In this document: in pieces, positions 35,412 to 44,469 of the stretch
How positions within the stretch are numbered: the stretch's first letter is position 1
Layout: each line of letters opens with the position of its first letter
Assembly: GCA_944321505.1 (NCBI GenBank)
Contig: CALULN010000027.1
Coordinates: 10,672 to 74,671 of the forward strand
DNA: 64,000 bases
Direction of reading: 5' to 3'
Source: Candidatus Methanomethylophilaceae archaeon
GTDB lineage: Archaea; Thermoplasmatota; Thermoplasmata; Methanomassiliicoccales; Methanomethylophilaceae
Position numbers and translations under genes: made by a program
Notes under the pieces: generated by a model
The model's database searches: none
Seen by the model: the letters and a program-made list of their open reading frames with translations, nothing else
What the model was told of the DNA's origin: nothing

Positions 35412-36765
35412 ACCAGGAGAAGAAGGCTCCGACGATGCAGAAGGCCAGGCTGATGATCAGGGCTGCGGACATGGCCTGCACGAAGAGCGGGTAGTTCCCT
35501 GGGGCGATCTGGGCGGTGGAGCCCAGGTACACGGATATCAGACAGGTGGCCACGCCCATGGATGTCATGGTGCCCACCTGCCTGCAGGTGGCGATGAGAC
35601 CGGAGGCCTTGTTGTACTCGCCCTTGTCCACATATGACATCACGGCGTAGGTGTTCGGTGCCGAGAACAGACCGTACCCGAGGCCGCAGAACATCTGACC
35701 TATGACGATGAGCGGCAGGCTCATCTCCAGACCGGTGCCCATCAGCAGCAGTATCCCCACGGATGACATGATCATCCCGACGGTCGGGAGTATCCTCAGG
35801 TCCGTCATGCGGTCGGACATCCTCCCGGCGATGGGCGTGACGATGACCTGCACCACCGGCTGGGCCATCAGCACTATGCCCGCCTGGGTGGCGGTCATGG
35901 CGCCGATGCTCTGAAGGTAGAGGCTCAGGAAGAAGGTGATGCAGTACACCGCCGCATAGTTCAGGAACAGCGCCAGCATGGACCTGGAGAACCTGCTGTT
36001 GCGGAACATGTTCACATCTATGATCGGACGCTGGACCCCGCGCTCTCTGCAGATGAAGAGGACGATGGCGACGAATCCGGCGGCCATCATCACGAATCCG
36101 TAGATCTCGGGAAGGGAGATCAGACCGAACATCGTCAGAGCAATGGCGATGCCGTAGATGACCGCGCTCGGAAGGGCGAAGGGCTCGTCGGGGGTGCTGC
36201 GGATGTTGCAGCCGAACCTGCTCATGCAGACCAGCGCCCCTGCCATGAAGGGCACGATGAACAGGAAGATGGCCCTCCAGGTCAGGGTGTCCGTGACGAA
36301 CCCTCCGAGGGTAGGCCCCAGAGAGGTGCCCAGGTAGACGCACATGGTGTTGATGCCGAGCGCCGCACCCCTCTCCCTGAGCTCGTAGACATCGGAGATC
36401 ATGGAGACGCTGGTGCTGGAGATGCATGCGATGCTGATGCCCGACAGGCCTCTGAGGATGTACAGGCTGACGAGATTGGGCGCGGCGGCGCAGAGCAGCA
36501 GCGACACTATGGCGACGGACGCGCCGATCATGAAGACGCGCTTCTTGCCGTATATGTCCGCCAGCCTGGCGGCCGGCATGAGGAACATAACGGATACGAT
36601 GAAGTAAACGCTTGTGATCCAACCCTGCTGGTGAGCCGATGCCCCCAGCTCCTCCCCTATGGAGGGCAGGGCCAGGTTCAGCATCGTGCCTATCAGCGGG
36701 TTGACGAAGATGGCCAGACAGGAGGCCGCCAGTACGAGCCTCTTCTCACGGGTGGTGTAGCCCAT
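35383..36765 (-). CDS. MFS transporter (14-TM DHA2/EmrB-like)
   Basis: 460 aa. MFS motif A-like LADIYGKKRVF and many TM helices. It lies directly downstream of the oxidoreductase operon on the same strand. Confidence 0.85.
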   Translation of the reverse strand: MGYTTREKRLVLAASCLAIFVNPLIGTMLNLALPSIGEELGASAHQQGWITSVYFIVSVMFLMPAARLADIYGKKRVFMIGASVAIVSLLLCAAAPNLVSLYILRGLSGISIACISSTSVSMISDVYELRERGAALGINTMCVYLGTSLGPTLGGFVTDTLTWRAIFLFIVPFMAGALVCMSRFGCNIRSTPDEPFALPSAVIYGIAIALTMFGLISLPEIYGFVMMAAGFVAIVLFICRERGVQRPIIDVNMFRNSRFSRSMLALFLNYAAVYCITFFLSLYLQSIGAMTATQAGIVLMAQPVVQVIVTPIAGRMSDRMTDLRILPTVGMIMSSVGILLLMGTGLEMSLPLIVIGQMFCGLGYGLFSAPNTYAVMSYVDKGEYNKASGLIATCRQVGTMTSMGVATCLISVYLGSTAQIAPGNYPLFVQAMSAALIISLAFCIVGAFFSWFRGKPSEQR

Positions 36766-36784
36766 ACCGACGCCTCCGTCGGTA

Positions 36785-37315
36785 TCAGCTCTTCATTCCG
36801 AGGCCGATGGCCTTGAGGTTGCTGTCGACCAGGTCCGCCTTGCGTGCGGGGACGCTCTTCCTGAGGCCCTTCTCCAGGTTCTCGTAGCTGCAGAACGAGG
36901 TCTCGGCGAACATCCTGCCGAGTATCACCATGTTGGCGGCGCCCTTGAGGCCGTTCTCCTCCGCCATGGAGGAGGCGTCCAGGTAGATGGTCTTCACATC
37001 GTCCCTCTCCACCTTCTTGTGGATGATGGAGCTGTCGACGATGATGGTCCCGCCGGGGACCACATCGTTCTCGAACTTCTCCAGGGACGGGAGGTTCATG
37101 GCGATCAGGATGTCCGGATTAGTGACCAGAGGGGACCCTATCTTCTCGTCGGAGATGCAGACGCTGCAGTTGGCGGTGCCTCCCCTCATCTCCGGTCCGT
37201 AGGACGGGAGCCAGGAGATCTCCTTGCCCTCCATCATGCCTGCGTACGCCATCACCTTGCCGGCGAACAGGATGCCCTGCCCGCCGAAGCCTGCCAGCAG
37301 GATGTTCAGTGTCAC
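36785..37315 (-). CDS. 2-oxoacid:ferredoxin oxidoreductase gamma subunit
   Basis: [19 protein letters not shown]...[15 protein letters not shown] signature. GTG start in a GTGA overlap with the beta-subunit stop. Confidence 0.85.
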   Translation of the reverse strand: MTLNILLAGFGGQGILFAGKVMAYAGMMEGKEISWLPSYGPEMRGGTANCSVCISDEKIGSPLVTNPDILIAMNLPSLEKFENDVVPGGTIIVDSSIIHKKVERDDVKTIYLDASSMAEENGLKGAANMVILGRMFAETSFCSYENLEKGLRKSVPARKADLVDSNLKAIGLGMKS

Positions 37316-38064
37316 TGGGATCCCTCCCCCACATCCTTGTAGACGCCGAGCGGATAGTACGGGAGCATGTTGTCCCTCAGCCACTGCAGCGCGTCCGTCG
37401 GAGCCATGCCCCAGTTGGTGGGGCAGGTGGAGACCACCTCCACGATGCAGTAGCCCTTCCCCTCCATCTGGTACTGGAAGGCCTTCTTGATCGCCTTCTT
37501 GGCAGCCTTCACGTTCTTGACGCAGTCGACGGTGACCCTCTGGGCCAGGGCGACGCCGTCCAGGGTGGACAGCATCTCGCAGACCCTGATGGGGTTGCCT
37601 GCAGTCTTGACGTCCCTGCCGTAGGGCGTGGTCTGGGTGACCTGCCCGGGGAGGGTGGTGGGGGCCATCTGCCCTCCGGTCATGCCGTAGATGGCGGTGT
37701 CGATGAATATCGCGACTATGTTCTCGCCGCGGGTAGCCGCATGGACGGTCTCCGCGGTGCCGATGGCGGCCAGGTCCCCGTCACCCTGGTACGTGAACAC
37801 CACGGCCTCGGGCCTGGCCCTCTTGATGCCGGTGGCGACGGCGGGAGCACGCCCGTGGGGCGCCTGGACCATGTCGCAGTTGAAGTAGTTGTAAGTGAAC
37901 ACGGAGCAGCCCACCGAAGCCACGCCGACGGTCCTGCCCTCGACGCCCAGCTCGTCGATCGCCTCTGCGACCAGCCTGTGGACGATGCCGTGGGTGCATC
38001 CGGGGCAGTAGTGGAACGGCGCATCCGTGAGCGCGTGAGGCCTCCCTCCTTTGATCTCGGTCAT
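37312..38064 (-). CDS. 2-oxoacid:ferredoxin oxidoreductase beta subunit (TPP-binding)
   Basis: CPGCTHG...GDGD...motifs of the TPP-binding beta subunit. ATG 38064 shares one base with the alpha stop; the track start 38070 is TTG. Confidence 0.9.
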   Translation of the reverse strand: MTEIKGGRPHALTDAPFHYCPGCTHGIVHRLVAEAIDELGVEGRTVGVASVGCSVFTYNYFNCDMVQAPHGRAPAVATGIKRARPEAVVFTYQGDGDLAAIGTAETVHAATRGENIVAIFIDTAIYGMTGGQMAPTTLPGQVTQTTPYGRDVKTAGNPIRVCEMLSTLDGVALAQRVTVDCVKNVKAAKKAIKKAFQYQMEGKGYCIVEVVSTCPTNWGMAPTDALQWLRDNMLPYYPLGVYKDVGEGSQ

Positions 38065-39125
38065 CAGCAAACACCTCCGTTGATCCTGACGATCTGCTCA
38101 TACACCTCTTTCGGCGTGGGGATCATGCCGCCGGTGCGCCCGTAGAACTCCACGGGCTTTCTGCCGGCGACCACCAGCCTCACATCGTCGACCATCTGCC
38201 CCATGGACATCTCGACGGTCAGGAACGCCTTGGCGGTGTCCGCGGCCTTCGATACGGCCTTGACCGGGAAGGGCCACAGGCTGATCGGCCTTATCATGCC
38301 GGCCTTGATGCCCTCGGCCCTGGCTTTGTCCACCGCCGAGCGGGAGACACGGGAGGAGGCGCCGTAGGCCACGACTATGATGTCGGCGTCCTCGGTGAGG
38401 TACTCCTCGGCACGCTGCTCGTTCTGCATTATGGTCCTGTACTTCTCGAACCTCTTCCTGACCAGGTCCTCCAGCTCCTGGGGCTGGATGTACAGGGAGT
38501 TGATCACGTTGTGGGGACGCTCGTTGTTGTGCCCCTTGGCCGCCCAGGGCTTGTCCTGCTCGACGGGCTTGGGGTCGGGGAGCACCACGGGCTCCATCAT
38601 CTGCCCCAGCATGCCGTCGGACAGGATCATGGCGGGCATGCGGTACTTGTCGGCCAGGTCGAAGGCGTCGGAGATCATGTCGACGGTCTCCTGGACGGTG
38701 GACGGGGCGAACACCAGCAGGTGGAAGTCGCCGTGACCGGTGGACCTGGTGGCCTGGAAGTAGTCGGCCTGGGACGGCTGGATGCCTCCCAGCCCGGGTC
38801 CGCCTCTCTGGACGTTCACGATGAGCGCGGGGACGTCGGACCCCGCCATGTACGAGATGCCCTCGGACATCAGGCTGATGCCCGGGGATGACGTGGATGT
38901 CATCGCCCTTACGCCGGCGGCTCCGGCGCCGAGGACCATGTTGATGGATGCCACCTCGGATTCGCCCTGCAGATACACCCCGCCGACCTTGGGCATCCTC
39001 TTGGACATGTAGGCGGCCACCTCGGTCTGGGGCGTGATCGGGTATCCGAAGAAGTGCCTGCATCCGGCGGCGATGGCCGCCTCGGCGATGGCTTCGTTGC
39101 CTTTCATCAGCACCTTCTCGCCCAT
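38064..39125 (-). CDS. 2-oxoacid:ferredoxin oxidoreductase alpha subunit
   Basis: MGEKVLMKGNEAIAEAAIAAGCRHFFGYPITPQTE..., an N-terminus typical of KorA/OorA/PorA-type alpha subunits. Confidence 0.9.
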   Translation of the reverse strand: MGEKVLMKGNEAIAEAAIAAGCRHFFGYPITPQTEVAAYMSKRMPKVGGVYLQGESEVASINMVLGAGAAGVRAMTSTSSPGISLMSEGISYMAGSDVPALIVNVQRGGPGLGGIQPSQADYFQATRSTGHGDFHLLVFAPSTVQETVDMISDAFDLADKYRMPAMILSDGMLGQMMEPVVLPDPKPVEQDKPWAAKGHNNERPHNVINSLYIQPQELEDLVRKRFEKYRTIMQNEQRAEEYLTEDADIIVVAYGASSRVSRSAVDKARAEGIKAGMIRPISLWPFPVKAVSKAADTAKAFLTVEMSMGQMVDDVRLVVAGRKPVEFYGRTGGMIPTPKEVYEQIVRINGGVC

Positions 39126-39127
39126 CT

Positions 39128-39334
39128 TCACACCTCCACCCTGATGGCCATGTCCGGGCACATTATGGCGCAGGACCCGCAGCCTATGCAGGCATCGGGG
39201 TCGGTGACGTGCACCGGATGGTACCCCTTGCCGTTGGTGGTCTTCTTGTCAAGAGCGAGGATGCTCTTGGGACAGGCCGCGACGCACATCTCGCAGCCCT
39301 TGCAAACATCATTCTCCACGATTACCTTGGGCAT
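39128..39334 (-). CDS. 2-oxoacid:ferredoxin oxidoreductase delta subunit (2x[4Fe-4S] ferredoxin)
   Basis: 68 aa with CKGCEMCVAACP and CIGCGSCAIMCP. Confidence 0.9.
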   Translation of the reverse strand: MPKVIVENDVCKGCEMCVAACPKSILALDKKTTNGKGYHPVHVTDPDACIGCGSCAIMCPDMAIRVEV

Positions 39335-39337
39335 GTC

Positions 39338-40009
39338 TCACACCTGCTGTTCCCACGGCGCCCTGACGTAGGCGTCGACCGGGTATATTGTGAGCCTTTT
39401 ATTTAACAGGCGGACCCCTCTGGGCACCGCCGTGAACCTCAGCGGGAGACCCGTGATCCTGCAGACCTCCTCGGCGAACGGGACCGATGCCTCCACCGTG
39501 CCGGCGGTGGTCTCGCCCTTCAGATGGGAGTTGTTGACGATGCAGGTCGCCCTGAGCCCGGACGCCCGCTGGACCTCCTCCATCACCGAGACGGCCTCCT
39601 CAGGCTCGGTGGTGAGGGAGCGGTAGCGGTTCACCACGTACAGGACCTCCGGGTCGGCGGCCTTTATCACCCTGGCATACACGCCCAGAGCCGTCGCCCC
39701 GGCATCGTCTCCGCCCACGTCTATGATGACGCGCCCGCCGTCCTCGATGGCGGCCGGGACGGAAGCCGGCAGAGACGGCGTGTCGAGATTGGTGCTGGCA
39801 TAGTTCGGCCCGATCACTCTGACACCCATCGCCTCCAGCTCCTCGGCGTAGTCCGCCGAGCGGAAGTACGGATTGACCACGTCCATGTCTATCAGCGTCA
39901 CGTCCTCCCCGTCCCTGGCGCAGTCGACGGCCAGGTTGATGGACAGGTTGGTCTTGCCGACGCCGTAGTGCCCGCAGACCACGTTGACCCTCTTCTCCAG
40001 CATGCCCAT
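39338..40009 (-). CDS. MinD/ParA/CooC-like P-loop ATPase, first gene of the oxidoreductase operon
   Basis: Deviant Walker A CGHYGVGKT and Walker B-like VIIDVGGDD. Its stop lies 3 nt before the delta-subunit ATG. The N-terminal 225 aa of the track ORF are antisense to the XRE-cupin gene. Confidence 0.7.
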   Translation of the reverse strand: MGMLEKRVNVVCGHYGVGKTNLSINLAVDCARDGEDVTLIDMDVVNPYFRSADYAEELEAMGVRVIGPNYASTNLDTPSLPASVPAAIEDGGRVIIDVGGDDAGATALGVYARVIKAADPEVLYVVNRYRSLTTEPEEAVSVMEEVQRASGLRATCIVNNSHLKGETTAGTVEASVPFAEEVCRITGLPLRFTAVPRGVRLLNKRLTIYPVDAYVRAPWEQQV

Positions 40010-40093
40010 GGGGTCTCCCAGGGATGTGGGGTATATAACCACAATCCCCACGGAAGCGGTATCGTAGGCATAGTGGCTAAATACTATGGCGCG

Positions 40094-40690
40094 ATGAATC
40101 GCGTGATGACGATAGAGCCCAAGATCTCCGAGATCGCCGAGCGCATCTCGGCCATGCGTGAGCTGTGCGACTTCACCGCAGAGGACATGGCGGCGGAGCT
40201 GGACATCACCCCCGAGGAGTACCTCACCTACGAATCCGGAACGAGGGACTTCTCCTTCACGTTCCTGTACAAGTGCGCCGAGAAGTTCGGCATCGACATG
40301 ATCGAGCTCCTCACCGGCGACAACCCCCACCTCTCGGAGTGCTCGGTTGTCAGGAAAGGGCACGGCCTGCCCATGAAGAGGCGCAAAGGGTTCACCTACA
40401 ACCACATCGCCCCCACATTCAAGGACAAGATCGCGGAGCCCTTCGTTGTCACCGCCCCCTACATCGAGGGGGAGCAGAACGCTCCCGTTGCGACATCCAC
40501 CCACGAGGGCCAGGAGATGGACTTCATACTGGAGGGCACCCTCAGGTTCGTGCACGACGGACGCGAGGTGGAGCTCCGCGAGGGGGACTGCGTCTACTAC
40601 AACTCCGGCATGCCCCATGGGATGATCGCCACGTCGAAGGGCGGCTGCACGTTCATAGCCGTGGTCATGAAGGGCGGTGCCAGGCAATGA
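40094..40690 (+). CDS. XRE-family HTH plus cupin-domain transcriptional regulator
   Basis: HTH region ISEIAERISAMRELCDFTAEDMAAELDITPEEYLTYESG. C-terminal cupin HEGQEMDFILEGTL...GDCVYYNSGMPHG. Alternative ATG at 40106. Confidence 0.85.
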   Translation: MNRVMTIEPKISEIAERISAMRELCDFTAEDMAAELDITPEEYLTYESGTRDFSFTFLYKCAEKFGIDMIELLTGDNPHLSECSVVRKGHGLPMKRRKGFTYNHIAPTFKDKIAEPFVVTAPYIEGEQNAPVATSTHEGQEMDFILEGTLRFVHDGREVELREGDCVYYNSGMPHGMIATSKGGCTFIAVVMKGGARQ

Positions 40691-42345
40691 GGGGCATCAA
40701 CGAGAGGTACGTGGAGGAGACCTACGGGGACGACGGGATCCTCCGCGAGATGAAGATACACTACCCGGAGAACTACAACTTCGGCTACGACATCGTCGAC
40801 GACATCGCAATCAACGACCCCGACAGGACGGCCCTGGTCTGGGACAGCTGCCACGAGGCCGAACGCAGATTCACCTTCGCAGACATCAAGAGGCTCAGCG
40901 ACAAGACCGCCAACTACCTGGCGTCCCTGGGCATCGGCAAAGGCGACATGGTCCTGATGATCATGAAGCAGAGGTACCAGTTCTGGTACACCATCGTCGC
41001 CCTCCACAAGCTGGGCGCCGTGGCGATCCCCGCGACGTACATGCTGACGAAGCACGACATCGAGTACCGCGTCAGGGCCGCCGGGATCAAGGCGATCATC
41101 TGCACCGACCAGACACCCGTGTCCAAGGCGGTGGAGGCGTCGGACATACCCGAGGTGAAGATCAGGATCCTGGTGGGCGAACCCCGCGAGGGATGGCTGG
41201 ACTTCGACGCCGGTGTCGAGGCCGCGTCCGAGGAGCTGGAGCGCAGGGACACCAAGGCAACGGAGCCGTTCCTCATGTACTTCACATCCGGCACCTCCGA
41301 CAACCCCAAGATGGTGCTCCATGACCACACGTACTCCCTGGGGCACATCCTCACCGCCAAGCACTGGCACAGGGTGGATCCGGAGGGTCTGCACTTCACC
41401 GTCAGCGACACCGGATGGGGCAAGGCCGTCTGGGGCAAGCTCTACGGCCAGTGGATCATGGAATCGGCGGTGTTCGTGTACGAGTACGACAAGTTCAACC
41501 CGTCCGACATCCTCGACATGATCGAGAAGCACAGGATCACATCCCTCTGCTGTCCCCCGACCATGTTCAGGCTCTACATCAACGCCGGGCTGGAGGGCCA
41601 CGACCTGTCGTCCCTGAAGCACTGCAATATCGCAGGCGAGGCGCTGAACCCCGACACCTTCGAGACCTGGAGGAAGGCCACCGGCCTGACCCTCATGGAG
41701 GGGTTCGGACAGACCGAGACTACGCTGACCGTGGCCACCATCGACGGGATGGAGGCCAAGCCCGGGTCCATGGGCAAACCCTCCCCGCAGTTCAAGGTGG
41801 ACATCGTGGACGAGAACGGCAGGCACTGCCCCGCCGGAGTCCCCGGCGAGATCGTCGTGTCCATCGAGCCCAAGGTCCCCGGGATCATGATGGGCTACTA
41901 CCGCGACCCGGAGAAGACCGCCGCCACCCTGAGGGATGGATGGCACCACACCGGCGACGTGGCATGGAGGGACGAGGACGGCTACTTCTGGTACGTCGGC
42001 AGGAACGACGACATCATCAAGTCCTCCGGCTACAGGATCAGCCCCTTCGAGATCGAGAGCGCCCTCATGCTGCACCCCTCTGTCCTGGAGTGCGCCGTCA
42101 CCGGCGTCCCCGACCCCGTGCGCGGGCAGATCATCAAAGCGACCATCGTCCTCAGGGAAGGCTGGGAGCCCTCCGACGCCCTCAAGAAGGAGATACAGGA
42201 TTTCACCAAGAAGGAGACCGCCCCGTACAAGTACCCCCGGGCGGTGGAGTTCGTTAAGGAGCTGCCCAAGTCCATCAGCGGCAAGGTCCGCAGGGTGGAG
42301 ATCCGCAACAGGGACATCGAGGATGCGAAAAACCGCGGCAACTGA
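40687..42345 (+). CDS. AMP-forming acyl-CoA synthetase (medium-chain/ACSM-like), paralog 1
   Basis: AMP-binding motifs YFTSGTSDNPK, GDVAWRDEDGYFWYVGRNDDIIKSSGYRISPFEIES and a C-terminal SGKVRR. ATGA overlap with the regulator gene. Confidence 0.9.
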   Translation: MRGINERYVEETYGDDGILREMKIHYPENYNFGYDIVDDIAINDPDRTALVWDSCHEAERRFTFADIKRLSDKTANYLASLGIGKGDMVLMIMKQRYQFWYTIVALHKLGAVAIPATYMLTKHDIEYRVRAAGIKAIICTDQTPVSKAVEASDIPEVKIRILVGEPREGWLDFDAGVEAASEELERRDTKATEPFLMYFTSGTSDNPKMVLHDHTYSLGHILTAKHWHRVDPEGLHFTVSDTGWGKAVWGKLYGQWIMESAVFVYEYDKFNPSDILDMIEKHRITSLCCPPTMFRLYINAGLEGHDLSSLKHCNIAGEALNPDTFETWRKATGLTLMEGFGQTETTLTVATIDGMEAKPGSMGKPSPQFKVDIVDENGRHCPAGVPGEIVVSIEPKVPGIMMGYYRDPEKTAATLRDGWHHTGDVAWRDEDGYFWYVGRNDDIIKSSGYRISPFEIESALMLHPSVLECAVTGVPDPVRGQIIKATIVLREGWEPSDALKKEIQDFTKKETAPYKYPRAVEFVKELPKSISGKVRRVEIRNRDIEDAKNRGN

Positions 42346-42501
42346 ATGCTGTGCGTTTATCGTAGAAACTATTTAAATCAATTTTACGAAAACAGCAGCG
42401 CATCACCGTCGGTTGATACGAAATTCGTAGAAATCGACGGAAAATGTCGCTATATTTATTAATAGGGAACAAATCACCCGTCCATCCTGAAGGGGCATAT
42501 C

Positions 42502-44148
42502 ATGCGGAACATCAACCAGAGGTACATACGGGAGGCCTTCGACAGCGACGGGATCCTGGAGAACCTCAGGATCGTATGCCCCGACGACTTCAACTTCGGA
42601 TACGACATCGTCGACGACATCGCCGTCAACGACCCCACCCGCCGCGCGCTGGTGTGGCAGCACGAGAACGGCGAGGAGAGGACCTTCACCTTCGCCGACA
42701 TCAAGAGGCTCAGCAACAAGACCGCCAACTACCTCACATCCAAGGGGATAAAGAAGGGCGACTTCGTCATGCTGATCCTGAAGCACAGCTACCAGTTCTG
42801 GTACATATCGGTGGCATTGCACAAGATGGGCGCAGTGGTGGTCCCGGCGACGTACATGCTCAAGCCCCACGACATCGAGTACCGCGTGAAGGCCGCCGAC
42901 ATCAAAGCCGTCATGGTTACCCACGAGACGGACATCGCCGACCAGGTGGATGCGGCCAGCACCCCCGGCCTCGACCTCAAGTTCATGGTCGGAGGCAGCA
43001 GGGAGGGATGGCTGGACTTCGACGCGGAGATGGAGGAGGCCTCGGAGGAATGGGAGAGGGTCCCAACCAGGAAGGAGGACTACTTCCTCATGTACTTCAC
43101 GTCAGGCACATCCGGCAACCCCAAGATGGCCATGCACGACTACACATACCCTCTCGGGCACATACTCCTGGCCAAGTACTGGCACCAGGTGGACCCCGAG
43201 GGGCTGCACTGGTCGGTGGCGGACACCGGATGGGCGAAGAACGCCTGGGGCAAGCTCTACGGCCAGTGGATCATGGAGGCTGCGGTGTTCGTGTACGAGT
43301 ACGACAAGTTCGAGCCCTCCGACATCCTCGACATGATCGAGAAGCACAAGATAACCACGTTCTGCTGCCCTCCCACCATGTTCCGCCTCTACCTGCAGGC
43401 AGGCATCGAGGGACACGACCTGTCGACCCTGAAGAACTGCTGCATCGCCGGAGAGGCCCTGAACCCCGACACCTACGAGACCTGGTACAAGGCCACCGGC
43501 CTCAGGCTCATGGAGGCGTTCGGGCAGTCCGAGTCCACGGTCATCGTGGGCACCATCAAAGGCATGACCCCCAAGCCCGGGTCCATGGGCAGGCCGTCCC
43601 CCCAGTTCAGGGTCGAGCTGCTGGACGGCGAGGGCAAGAGGGTCCCCCTGGGAGCCGAGGGCGAGATCTGCGTCAGCATAGACCCGCGCATCCCGGGCAT
43701 ATTCAAGGAGTACTACCGCGACCCGGAGAAGACCGCGGCGACGCTGTATGACGGCTGGCACCACACCGGCGACATGGCCTGGAAGGATGCGGACGGCTAC
43801 TACTGGTACTCCGGCCGCAACGACGACATCATCAAATCATCCGGCTACAGGATCAGCCCCTTCGAGATCGAGAGCGTGCTCCTGGAGCACCCCGGCGTCC
43901 TGGAGTGCGCCGTCACCGGCGTCCCCGACCCCATCAGGGGGCAGCTGGTGAAAGCCACCGTTGTCCTCAGACCTGGATTCGAGCCCTCCGACGCCCTCAA
44001 GAAGGAGCTCCAGAGGTACACGAAGCAAAACACCGCCCCCTACAAGTACCCCAGAGCGGTGGAGTTCGTGAAGGAGCTGCCCAAGTCCATGAGCGGGAAG
44101 ATCAAAAGAGTGGATATAAGGAAGAAGGACGCCGAGAAGGCGTCCTGA
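42502..44148 (+). CDS. AMP-forming acyl-CoA synthetase, paralog 2 (tandem duplicate)
   Basis: Collinear with 40687..42345 along its whole length (YFTSGTSGNPK, GDMAWKDADGYYWYSGRNDDIIKSSGYRISPFEIES). It has its own AT-rich 156-bp upstream region. Confidence 0.9.
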   Translation: MRNINQRYIREAFDSDGILENLRIVCPDDFNFGYDIVDDIAVNDPTRRALVWQHENGEERTFTFADIKRLSNKTANYLTSKGIKKGDFVMLILKHSYQFWYISVALHKMGAVVVPATYMLKPHDIEYRVKAADIKAVMVTHETDIADQVDAASTPGLDLKFMVGGSREGWLDFDAEMEEASEEWERVPTRKEDYFLMYFTSGTSGNPKMAMHDYTYPLGHILLAKYWHQVDPEGLHWSVADTGWAKNAWGKLYGQWIMEAAVFVYEYDKFEPSDILDMIEKHKITTFCCPPTMFRLYLQAGIEGHDLSTLKNCCIAGEALNPDTYETWYKATGLRLMEAFGQSESTVIVGTIKGMTPKPGSMGRPSPQFRVELLDGEGKRVPLGAEGEICVSIDPRIPGIFKEYYRDPEKTAATLYDGWHHTGDMAWKDADGYYWYSGRNDDIIKSSGYRISPFEIESVLLEHPGVLECAVTGVPDPIRGQLVKATVVLRPGFEPSDALKKELQRYTKQNTAPYKYPRAVEFVKELPKSMSGKIKRVDIRKKDAEKAS

Positions 44149-44149
44149 T

Positions 44150-44464
44150 TCACTCGAAAGAGAAGGACACATCCTTCTTCAGTGCGAGCTCGCCCGCGGC
44201 CTCCGCCGCCTTTATCATAGCGCACGGCACGGGGCAGGACACGTGCTCCAGCTCCGCACAGGCGGAGTACACCGCGTTCTCCGTGAAGGGCTTGGCGATG
44301 GCATCGAACACCGGCACCGGGCCGATCTCCTTGCATACCGCCCTGACGGCGGGGCACTCGCTCTTGACCTTGAACGAGATGTCCATGTTCTCGTCCATGG
44401 AAGCGGTGATGACGGTCTTGAATCTGCACACTCCAGCATCAACGTTCACTGTAGCGTCTGCCAT
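44150..44464 (-). CDS. Small Cys-containing protein of unknown function, tightly coupled to the radical SAM gene
   Basis: MADATVNVDAGVCRFKTVITASMDENMDISFKVKSECPAVRAVCKEIGP...SACAELEHVSCPVPCAMIKAAE, with six Cys. The ATG at 44464 is 5 nt after the rSAM stop. The track start 44473 is a TTG overlapping that stop. Confidence 0.55.
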   Translation of the reverse strand: MADATVNVDAGVCRFKTVITASMDENMDISFKVKSECPAVRAVCKEIGPVPVFDAIAKPFTENAVYSACAELEHVSCPVPCAMIKAAEAAGELALKKDVSFSFE

Positions 44465-44469
44465 ATGGA

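Noticed and set aside
40026-40051. Inverted repeat GTGGGG-N14-CCCCAC flanking the TATATAA box between the oxidoreductase operon and the XRE-cupin gene
   Set aside because: The arms are only 6 bp, in GC-rich DNA, so chance occurrence is plausible. It is mentioned only as a possible operator to test and is not called.
39338-40687. The full 449-aa version of the P-loop ATPase ORF
   Set aside because: Its N-terminal 225 aa are antisense to the XRE-cupin gene and are low-complexity. The ATPase begins at ATG 40009 (MGMLEKRVNVVCGHYGVGKT), with a TATA-like box about 25 nt upstream.
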